A DNA stretch of 64,000 bases from Thermoplasmatota archaeon (GTDB taxonomy: Archaea > Thermoplasmatota > E2 > DHVEG-1 > B18-G2). The stretch lies in assembly GCA_029259115.1 (NCBI GenBank), contig JAPDJO010000035.1, positions 1,769-65,768 of the forward strand. The letters are read 5' to 3'. A program made the position numbers and the translations under genes. Within the stretch, counting starts at the first letter, position 1. Each line of letters starts with the position of its first letter. Positions 47,928 through 56,182 of the stretch are shown here, one piece after another. The notes beneath the pieces were generated by a model. It was not told the DNA's origin. It saw only the letters and a list, made by a program, of their open reading frames with translations, and searched no databases.

Positions 47928-48815
47928 TTAGGCTAAATTTCCTCCGTATTCTGCAAAGAGTATACCTGTAATTGTTAATGCACCTCCGATGGCTGTCAGT
48001 ATAGTTATCTCTTCATGGAGTATGTAGTATGCCATAATCGCCGTAAAGAGTGGAATTAGGTAGACATATGCTGCGACTATAGAAGATTCCCTTTTCTCTA
48101 GTACATAGTACCACACTATATACCCAAATACAGAGCATAGTACAGAAAGGTAAACTATTGAAGAAATCGCTGTAAGGTGGAGGGCCATGGGAGATTGTAT
48201 GCCTTCCCATAGGGCAAAAGGTATCAAAAATATCGTTCCAAGAATGAATACATTTGCTGTTAGATTTTCTGGATCATATTTGCTCAAAAGTTTCTTCCCT
48301 ATCACTGTATAAACTGCCCATAACATTCCATCCACTATAAGAAGAAGATCTCCGTAGATTGTCCTCGAAGTAAATATTTCTAAATTACCTCTTGAAATCA
48401 CTAAAGTGATACCAATAAATGCGATAATTATTCCTAATGTTCTAATAAGGGTGACCCTCTCTCCTACAAGTATTGCAAATATAACAACAAATAAAGTCGC
48501 AGAGTTTATCAGTATCGATGCATTGGTTGCAGTCGTTAGTTTAAGTGCAAAGAATTGAAATGCATAAAGTAGGGTGACTCCTGATAAAGAAAGTAAGATA
48601 ACGTTTGGCAAATCCACTTTCTCTGGAAATTTAAATTTTCCTTTGAGGAATACATAGAGGAAGATTATAGGTGATGCGAGGAGGAATCTGTATAGAGCTA
48701 GATTAAAGGGTGTGAGTTCTTTTAATCCAATTTTAATAAATATGAATGAACCTGCCCAGATTACCATGGTAATGATGAGGAGTAGGTTGTAGACGTAAGA
48801 TTTTTCACTGCTCAC
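47928..48815 (-). CDS. EamA/DMT-family transporter
   Basis: Ten-TM protein with two EamA-like halves. The tracked ORF extends to 48941 and overlaps tiaS. GTG 48815 (VSSEKSYVYNLLLIITMVIWAGSFIFIK) gives a typical N-terminus. The start is uncertain. Confidence 0.7.
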   Translation of the reverse strand: MSSEKSYVYNLLLIITMVIWAGSFIFIKIGLKELTPFNLALYRFLLASPIIFLYVFLKGKFKFPEKVDLPNVILLSLSGVTLLYAFQFFALKLTTATNASILINSATLFVVIFAILVGERVTLIRTLGIIIAFIGITLVISRGNLEIFTSRTIYGDLLLIVDGMLWAVYTVIGKKLLSKYDPENLTANVFILGTIFLIPFALWEGIQSPMALHLTAISSIVYLSVLCSVFGYIVWYYVLEKRESSIVAAYVYLIPLFTAIMAYYILHEEITILTAIGGALTITGILFAEYGGNLA

Positions 48816-48885
48816 AGCTTTACGGAAGGACTTAATCAGATAAAAACGATTTGAAATTTCCAAGTAAAATGGTTGCGAGATTAAG

Positions 48886-50205
48886 ATGTGTATCTGGATA
48901 GGAATAGATGATACCGATTCGAATAAAGGTGGATGCACCACTTACTTAGGATACAGAATAATATCTCAACTTATAGAGAGAGGATACGATATAATAGGTT
49001 ATCCTAGGCTGGTAAGATTAAATCCAAATATACCTTGGAAAACTAGAGGGAATGGAGCAGTAGCATTTAGAGTGGGAAGAGGCAAAGGAAGAAAGATCTT
49101 GATAGGAGAAATTAGAGGTAACAAAATATTTTCTTACAGTAGTGAGGAGAATAGCCAAATTGATATCGATGATATCAAGGCTTTGGTTGAAAGAGAGATA
49201 GAAAGTTTTGCGTTCTTATCAGATGAAAACACAAATTCAGGATACGTTATGACCAAGGAGAAACCAGATAGAAGCTTGTATGAAACTTGCGTAAAAGGTA
49301 TAGCCTACTTAGATGATGTCATTAAGATTCTCGATAGCTTGGGAGCTATATATAGAGGTTACAAAAATGGCAGGGGATTGATAGGAGCATCCGCGGCCGT
49401 GTCATGGGAACCTATAGATAGAACTTTTGAGATAATCACCTACAGATACAGGGAAAAATGGGGTACAGGAAGAGATGTCGATAAGATCTCTGTTATAGAG
49501 ATGGACAAAACCATAAACTCTACCTTTGATAACTACGATTACGATAATGATAGGGTTCTGATAACCCCCAACTCTCCATGTCCGATTTTGTTTGGAATAA
49601 GAGGAGAGAATCCGGATGATCTATTTAAAGCAAAGGACATGATTAGATCTGAGGATTATGAAGGATGGATTATCTTTGAGACCAATCAAGGGACAGATGA
49701 TCATATAGAAAGAAAGAAGATAATAGATATTAAGCCCTATGAGTCCGTGATTGTTGAAGGAGTAATCGAAAAGGATCCATATACCATTAAGGGAGGGCAC
49801 GTTATATTTAGTGTAAAAGATGAAACTTCTTCCATAGATTGCACAGCCTATGAACCGACAAAGAACTTCAGGGATATAGTGAGAAAGCTTAGAGTAGGTG
49901 ATGTTGTAGAGGTATATGGTGGAGTTAGAGAAGAACCTTTTACAATAAACATTGAGAAGATAAGGATAAAGAAATTGGTTCGGATAAAGAAAAAAGTTGA
50001 GAATCCAATATGTGATAACTGCAGGATCCATATGAAATCTTTAGGTAGAGATAAGGGTTACAGGTGCAGAAGATGTGGAGCTATCAAAAGTGAGGATGAG
50101 GCAAAATTTGAGATCCTAGAGAGAGGATTAAGGGAAGGTTTCTACGAAGTTCCGCCATGTGCAAGGCGTCACCTGAGTAAGCCTCTTAAAAGGTTTGTTT
50201 CTTGA
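48886..50205 (+). CDS. tiaS: tRNA(Ile2) 2-agmatinylcytidine synthetase TiaS
   Basis: N-terminus MCIWIGIDDTDSNKGGCTTY is the TiaS signature. An OB-fold region follows, then a C-terminal zinc ribbon (CDNC...CRRCG). 439 aa. Confidence 0.85.
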   Translation: MCIWIGIDDTDSNKGGCTTYLGYRIISQLIERGYDIIGYPRLVRLNPNIPWKTRGNGAVAFRVGRGKGRKILIGEIRGNKIFSYSSEENSQIDIDDIKALVEREIESFAFLSDENTNSGYVMTKEKPDRSLYETCVKGIAYLDDVIKILDSLGAIYRGYKNGRGLIGASAAVSWEPIDRTFEIITYRYREKWGTGRDVDKISVIEMDKTINSTFDNYDYDNDRVLITPNSPCPILFGIRGENPDDLFKAKDMIRSEDYEGWIIFETNQGTDDHIERKKIIDIKPYESVIVEGVIEKDPYTIKGGHVIFSVKDETSSIDCTAYEPTKNFRDIVRKLRVGDVVEVYGGVREEPFTINIEKIRIKKLVRIKKKVENPICDNCRIHMKSLGRDKGYRCRRCGAIKSEDEAKFEILERGLREGFYEVPPCARRHLSKPLKRFVS

Positions 50206-50253
50206 ATTTGATACCATAACTGTTTTAATGCCTGACCATATTTACCACTTGAG

Positions 50254-50326
50254 GCGGGTGTGGTGTAGTCTGGTATCACATAGCCCTGCCACGGCTATTA
50301 CCCGGGTTCGAATCCCGGCACCCGCA
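50254..50326 (+). tRNA. tRNA-Gly (GCC)
   Basis: Cloverleaf:
- Acceptor GCGGGTG/CACCCGC.
- D arm GTGT-AGTCTGGTA-TCAC.
- Anticodon stem TAGCC/GGCTA; loop CTGCCAC.
- 4-nt variable loop.
- T arm CCGGG-TTCGAAT-CCCGG.
- A73.

A TATA-like TTTTAATG lies about 25-30 nt upstream. Confidence 0.85.
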
Positions 50327-50472
50327 TTCCTTTTGAAAAATAGAAGTTCAGCTCCGTGATCGTTCTGCTAGGGCAGAGTAAAATTCGTTTCTTTGCCAAT
50401 AACTTATTTGCTATCAATTTTTCATTTGATTAAGAAATATTTAAATAATTGGGGAAGTATACTCAGGATGGC

Positions 50473-50919
50473 ATGAATACAAAGTGCAAAGGGATTTTTG
50501 CAGGTCTTGTGATGGCTCTCTTTATAACAGCTGCAATGTCGCTGCTCTTTATTTTTGTATCTGTATCAAAATCAAATTACGAAATTTATCCGTTAATATT
50601 AGTCTCATCAATCCTAGGAGGGGTTCTCGCTGCTTTTGTAGGAAAGGTGAAAACAATCAAAGACGCTATAATTGTGGGCTATCTCACAGGAGTTGCTCTC
50701 TCTATCTTTTGGATACTCATATGTATAATGATTCTATCCACGGAGTGGATTCTATCCGTATGGAATCCCCATTCCTATGAAGCTACCTTATCTCCACCAC
50801 AAGCTTTCTTGATGAATAACATTTTCGAGGGGATTGGCAACATCCAACGAATATGTATACATAATTCTAGCCTTTATCCTAATATCTGCCTCACTCACTC
50901 TATCGACCTTCTTCGGTAG
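50473..50919 (+). CDS. Hypothetical membrane protein (3 TM), possibly the 5' part of a frameshifted gene
   Basis: The first ATG at 50473 gives MNTKCKGIFAGLVMALFITAAM... with three clear TM helices. The last ~45 codons look non-membrane and low in coding quality, and they overlap the next ORF. Confidence 0.45.
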   Translation: MNTKCKGIFAGLVMALFITAAMSLLFIFVSVSKSNYEIYPLILVSSILGGVLAAFVGKVKTIKDAIIVGYLTGVALSIFWILICIMILSTEWILSVWNPHSYEATLSPPQAFLMNNIFEGIGNIQRICIHNSSLYPNICLTHSIDLLR

Positions 50920-51118
50920 CTATAGTTATTATCTATTCAATTCAATAAAGAGGTTTGGGAAATTACCCGAAAAGAGTGACTATCTGTGGTTTTTTGTCCT
51001 TTTAATAGTAACTTTAGGTTTGATTTTCTCTAAAGATTCGTATTTGGTTGTCGGCTTTGTCATTTTATCAGTGATCATTATTACTACCTCGGCAATTTAT
51101 GCCTATCACAGAGTTTAA
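50834..51118 (+). CDS. Hypothetical membrane protein (3 TM), possibly the 3' part of a frameshifted gene
   Basis: +1 frame relative to the previous ORF. Only a TTG start is available. It has three TM helices (YVYIILAFILISASLTL, LWFFVLLIVTLGLIF, VVGFVILSVIIITTSAIY). Confidence 0.4.
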   Translation: MATSNEYVYIILAFILISASLTLSTFFGSYSYYLFNSIKRFGKLPEKSDYLWFFVLLIVTLGLIFSKDSYLVVGFVILSVIIITTSAIYAYHRV

Positions 51119-51169
51119 AAACTTACAAAATTTAATAAACACACAAACTATTCACATTACGGGATCGGG

Positions 51170-51376
51170 ATGCACATGGAGAGAACTGGTTCAGACCAGA
51201 TTATCTTTGGCAGAGTTAGAAATCGAATAGACCTGATCGGAAAGGTGGTAAAAATAAACGGGAATTTTGTATGCCTAGATATACCAAATTTCAAGGGATA
51301 TCTAGAATATCCATCAACGCTTGTAGAGTTCATAGATGGTTTCGATTTTTCTGATCAGGGAAAATCGCAACCTTAA
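51170..51376 (+). CDS. Small hypothetical protein (68 aa)
   Basis: Intergenic ORF co-oriented with the PHP gene. I recognised no family. Confidence 0.3.
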   Translation: MHMERTGSDQIIFGRVRNRIDLIGKVVKINGNFVCLDIPNFKGYLEYPSTLVEFIDGFDFSDQGKSQP

Positions 51377-51402
51377 AATTATTATAGCGCTTCCATCGAC
51401 CC

Positions 51403-52086
51403 GTGAAAGATGGAAAAATCAGGATAGATCTACACATACACTCATGTTACTCTGAGGATGCAAAGGGTACGCCAAGAGAGATCATAAAACGTCTCAAGAA
51501 ATTAGGCTTAGATGGTGCCTGTATCACTGATCACAACACAGTAAAAGGCTCCTTGGAAGCTCTCAAAGAAAAGATTAACGATTTTATCATCATCCCAGGA
51601 GTGGAAATCTCTACCTTAGAAGGACACATCCTAGCCATAGGAGTAAAGGAAGATATCCCAAGAGATAGGCATGTCGATGAGACTGTAGATCTTATATTAG
51701 ACGCAGGCGGCGTTCCTGTTGTACCGCATCTTTTCAGGAAAATGTCAGGGATAAAAAGGAAGAATCTGGAATTGATAGTTGATAAGATAGATGCGATAGA
51801 GGTTTTCAATAGCTGTAGCCTTCCAAAGACAAATATCAAAGTAGCTAAAGTAGCTAAGGAGCTTGATTTGGGCGGAACCGGAGGAAGTGATGCCCATGAT
51901 CCAGAGTTTGTTGGGTATGGATATACAGTAATAGATAGCAGTGATTGTAGCATCGACTCTATTCTCTCTGAGATAGAGAAAAGAAAAACATGGGGAGAAG
52001 GGAGAACTCTACCATTAGAAGTTAGAAAGAAAAGGGTGATATTATCTATAAAGCAATTCTTCCAGAGAGGATTTAAGAGAATTTAG
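51403..52086 (+). CDS. PHP-domain metal-dependent phosphoesterase (TrpH/YciV-like)
   Basis: PHP motifs [23 protein letters not shown] and a GVE..H segment. GTG start. 227 aa. Confidence 0.75.
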
Positions 52087-52549
52087 AGTCGTATTTGCCC
52101 TCGTCTATCTCTTTCTGGACTTCTTTTGGAGATTTTCCTTCGACATTTACTCCTATAGAAATGCAGCTTCCTATCACTTCCTTGACTTTGCTCTTTAAAT
52201 CTTTCCCTAGCAAATCTCCATACTTCATCTTTGCTATCTTTATAACCTGATCCATAGATAGATTACCAACCTTCTCTTCCCTTGGATTCCCTGATCCTTT
52301 CTCTATCCCTAACTCTTTTAAGATCAAAGCTGTAACAGGTGGAGTACCAACTTCTATTTCGAAACTCTTTGTCTTTGGATCAACTATCACCTTGACTGGT
52401 ACTTTCATGCCATCAAAGTGCTTGGTTTTTTCGTTTATTGCATTCACAACCTGCATCACGTTTACTCCTAGTGGACCTAAAGCTGGACCTAATGGTGGAC
52501 CTGCGTTTGCCTTACCTCCCTCTACTAATACTTCTATAGTTTCAGCCAT
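52073..52549 (-). CDS. rpl11: Ribosomal protein uL11
   Basis: [21 protein letters not shown] is the L11 N-terminal domain signature. 158 aa. Confidence 0.95.
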
Positions 52550-52550
52550 C

Positions 52551-53030
52551 TTATTCCTCCTCCTTTCTCCTGACCACTCTAACCTGATCTCCTTTGACAG
52601 TTATTGGTATAGGAACAACGGAGTCGAAAAGTTCTACGGTTATTTCCTCCTTAGCTGTATCTATATGAGTAACTTTTGCCATCTCTCCTTTGAATGGTCC
52701 CGAGATCATTTCCACGATATCTCCCTCTGTTATTTTCTCAACGGATGATGCAGGAGTTAAGAACTTCTCTATCTCCTCTATGGGAATATTACCTTCGAGC
52801 ATTCCTCTAACATATGATATGGTTCTTATCATCTTCTTGACTTCATCAGCCTTATAGGCTTCTATAAATACGTAACCTCTCAGTTCAGGAGTCACAAGAA
52901 CAGATAAGACATTCTTATCATGGGTTTTCTTTATTCTTCCCCTTATCAATTCTGCAACATTTTGCTCTTTTCCGATCTGTGTCTTTATAGAGAATATCTT
53001 TGGTTTTTCAAACAGCTCTTCTTCCCCCAT
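52551..53030 (-). CDS. spt5: Transcription elongation factor Spt5 (archaeal NusG)
   Basis: NGN domain followed by a KOW motif ([18 protein letters not shown]). Position between secE and rpl11 agrees. The likely start is MGEEELF at 53030. Confidence 0.85.
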
Positions 53031-53038
53031 TATACCAC

Positions 53039-53299
53039 CTATATGCCAAACTGAGATAAAATCCAAGGAGCAACAACCTGTTTTATTATGTAGATGGTAA
53101 ATCCTATCCCACCTATGATGAGCATACCAACAAAAGTTATTTTCAAAGTTTTGTAGTACTCCTCTTCCGTCGGCTTCCTTGCCATCTTTATTATCCTTCC
53201 ATACTTTCCTTTACCTATATTGTGAACCTTATCCTCTATCCTCTTCTGCACTTCCCATGCTTTGTCTATGATACTCTTCCTTCCATTCATGGAGTTCAA
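53039..53299 (-). CDS. secE: Protein translocase subunit SecE (Sec61 gamma)
   Basis: Small protein with KPTEEEYYKTLKITFVGMLIIGGIGFTIYII, a single C-terminal TM helix. It has the conserved position upstream of spt5. Confidence 0.8.
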   Translation of the reverse strand: MNSMNGRKSIIDKAWEVQKRIEDKVHNIGKGKYGRIIKMARKPTEEEYYKTLKITFVGMLIIGGIGFTIYIIKQVVAPWILSQFGI

Positions 53300-53360
53300 T
53301 ACCAGGATGAAGTACTCATATATAAAGTTTGGTTTGATAAAATAGAGAAGTGGAGAGGAG

Positions 53361-54488
53361 TTATCTTACAATATCTATTCCTATCTCCTCTCTGACTAGA
53401 TCTCTCCTCTCAGGTCCTAAAATCTGCTTGGATTTCACTCCAGTTACCACAACCATAGTTCTTATTCTTCCTTTGAGAGAAGGATCTACAGTTGTACCCC
53501 ATATTATTCTTGCATTTGGATCTATCCTTGAATAGAGCTCTTCAACGACTCTCTCTGCCTCGCTTATCGTCATATCATCTCCACCCATCACATTGATCAA
53601 TGCACCTGTTGCTCCGGAGATATCAACATCGAGTAGCGGAGAATTCAAAGCCTCTGCCACGGCCTCTACAGCTTTGTTGTCTCCTTCAGCCTCTCCTAGA
53701 CCTATCATCGCTACACCACCGCGCTTCATTATTGTCTTAAGGTCTGCAAAGTCTAGATTGACTAGGCCAGGAACCGTGATCATCTCTGTTATTCCTTTTA
53801 TGCTTCTCATTAGAATCTCATCAGCCACCTTGAAGGCTGCATTTAAGGGTAAGTTTGGAACTATGGATAATAGCTTATCATTTGGAATTACTATCACGGT
53901 ATCACATGCATCCCTCAATCTTTTAAGGCCAGCCTCGGCATTCTCCATTCTAATAGCTCCCTCTACACTAAAGGGTAGGGTAACAACTCCTATAGTCAAT
54001 GCACCGACCTCTTTTGAGAGTCTAGCTATTATCGGCGAGGCTCCTGTTCCTGTTCCCCCTCCTAGACCACAGGTAACGAATACCATATCTGATCCTTCCA
54101 AGGCATTCCTTATGTCGGCTTCGCTTTCAAGTGCTGCCTCTTCTCCTATTTGCGGTAGAGATCCTGCTCCTAGACCTCTCGTCACGTGTCTGCCTATCAA
54201 AATCTTTGTCGGAGCTATGGATCTCAGTAGATGCTGGGCATCTGTATTTACAGCTATCAGGTCTGCACCAGCTATTCCCTCTTCTACACATCTATCTATG
54301 GTATTGGTCCCAGCCCCTCCACAACCTATAACTCTAATGGTTGTTTTCAAACTAGATAATAACGCCTCTAATTCCTTCTCATCTGTCCCTCTGACATTTC
54401 CACTTGCCGTTGATGGTTTTACTTTGGTATTCTTCTTTTCTTCTCTACTCCTCGCTAAGGCTTCTTCTACGATCTTCTTCATACTCAC
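53361..54488 (-). CDS. ftsZ: Cell division GTPase FtsZ
   Basis: GCGGAGTN and the tubulin signature [12 protein letters not shown]. 375 aa. Confidence 0.95.
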
Positions 54489-54520
54489 CCCTCTCCAAAA
54501 CTGTAAAGCATTTTGGTTTA

Positions 54521-55366
54521 TTAAAGGTTTCTTTTATAATATTGATCTCGATCCTCTATTTCAAGGGAAAAATCTTTGGATTTCACACTGTGCGTGATAT
54601 AACCTAGAGATATTCTATCCGCAAATTTCGCATATCTTAAGATGTTATCTTCTCTTATACCCCCAGAAATCTCTACTAAGATGTTCGGATTTTTTTCTTT
54701 GATTTTTCTAGCCATCTTCTCAGCCTTTTCCGGTGGCTGGTTATCTATAAGGATGGCATCAACTTCCTCTTCAGTAGCAATTAGAGCTTGTTCCTCATTC
54801 TCAACTTCAACCTCTATGAACTTATCTCTCACCTTCTCTTTCACTCTTCTTATCGCTTCTCTTAGAGATTTAGCGGCCTTTATGTGATTATCCTTGATTA
54901 AAACCGCATCAAACAAACCGAATCTATGAGGGTCTCCTCCCCCTATAACAACAGCTTTCTTCTCATACTTTCTAAAGCCTGGCGTGGTCTTTCTTGTAGC
55001 TGCGATCTTTACATCAGGATTGATCTTCCTGCACATATCTACAAGCTTTCTAGTCTCAGTAGCTATTCCACTCATTCTGGATATCATATTCAAAGCAAGC
55101 CTCTCACCAGCAAGTATCGATCTCAATTTTCCTTTCACCTTAGCAACTATCTCTCCCTTTTTTACTTCTTCCCCGTCTTTCCGGATCATCTCAAGGTTGG
55201 CTCCCAATCTCGAGAATACCTCCTTTGCATCTTCTATTCCAGCAAGAATGCAATCCTCATTTGCTATTATTACAGCCTCGCCTTCCTCATCTCCAAAAAT
55301 AGAATTTGTAGTGATATCGCCTTCTTCTCCAAGATCTTCTTTGAGATAAATGTCTATGTAATCCAT
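54521..55366 (-). CDS. nadC: Nicotinate-nucleotide pyrophosphorylase (quinolinate phosphoribosyltransferase)
   Basis: Conserved blocks [30 protein letters not shown] and VEVE. 281 aa. Confidence 0.9.
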
Positions 55367-55413
55367 GCTGTAGGTTTTATAGTAGATGAATGTATTAAGA
55401 TTTTGGTGAGTTT

Positions 55414-56181
55414 ATGATACTAGGTATAATCGGATGTGGAGCTATAGGAACAGACGTAGCTCTAGCTGCAGACAAGATGGAGGATATAGAAGAGATATAT
55501 CTGTATGATAAGGTCAAGGAAGCTGAGAAGAATCTAGTGAAAAAACTCAGGAAAGGAAGAATAGCAAAAAATGTAGATGAGCTTATAGAGAGATCAGATG
55601 CTGTTTTTGAGGCTGCATCTCAGGAAGCTGTTTTTGAATATGGAGAGAAAATTTTGGAATCTGGTAAGGATCTTGTCATAATGAGTATGGGAGCTCTATT
55701 TGATGATGATTTCAGGGAAAGATTGATATCCATAGCAAAAAGGAACAGATGCAAGATATATCTTCCTTCTGGAGCAATATGTGGTATAGATGGCATAGCA
55801 GCAGCAAGAACGGGTGGACTAGATGAGGTCACCTTAGTAACAACGAAGCCTCCAGAATCCCTAGGAAGAAAAGACGAGAAAAGAACGGTTGTCTTTGATG
55901 GAACAGCAAGAGAGGCTGTCAGATTATTTCCTCAAAACATAAATGTTGCTGCTTGCGTTTCCCTTGCTGGTATAGGTTTTGATAGGACCGAGGTAAAAAT
56001 AGTATCTGATCCTGTAGCTGTCAGAATACATCACAAGGTTCTCGCACATGGAAAGTTTGGAAGACTTAGGGCAGAGGTAGAGAACATGCCCAATCCAAAT
56101 AATCCAAAGTCTAGTTATTTAGCATCTCTCTCAGCTATAGCGATACTCAGAAGAATTGTCGATCCTGTTCAGATTGGATAA
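55414..56181 (+). CDS. nadX: L-aspartate dehydrogenase
   Basis: N-terminal Rossmann motif IIGCGAIG and the conserved block PSGAICGIDGI. 255 aa. It is divergent from nadC. Confidence 0.8.
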   Translation: MILGIIGCGAIGTDVALAADKMEDIEEIYLYDKVKEAEKNLVKKLRKGRIAKNVDELIERSDAVFEAASQEAVFEYGEKILESGKDLVIMSMGALFDDDFRERLISIAKRNRCKIYLPSGAICGIDGIAAARTGGLDEVTLVTTKPPESLGRKDEKRTVVFDGTAREAVRLFPQNINVAACVSLAGIGFDRTEVKIVSDPVAVRIHHKVLAHGKFGRLRAEVENMPNPNNPKSSYLASLSAIAILRRIVDPVQIG

Positions 56182-56182
56182 A

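Noticed and set aside
53593-54597. 334-aa ORF on the + strand.
   Set aside because: It lies entirely antisense to ftsZ and has a low-complexity Ser/Pro/Ala-rich translation. ftsZ carries unmistakable tubulin motifs. This is a shadow ORF.
54926-55417. 163-aa and 121-aa + strand ORFs.
   Set aside because: They are antisense to nadC, Ser/Phe/Leu-rich, and have no motifs.
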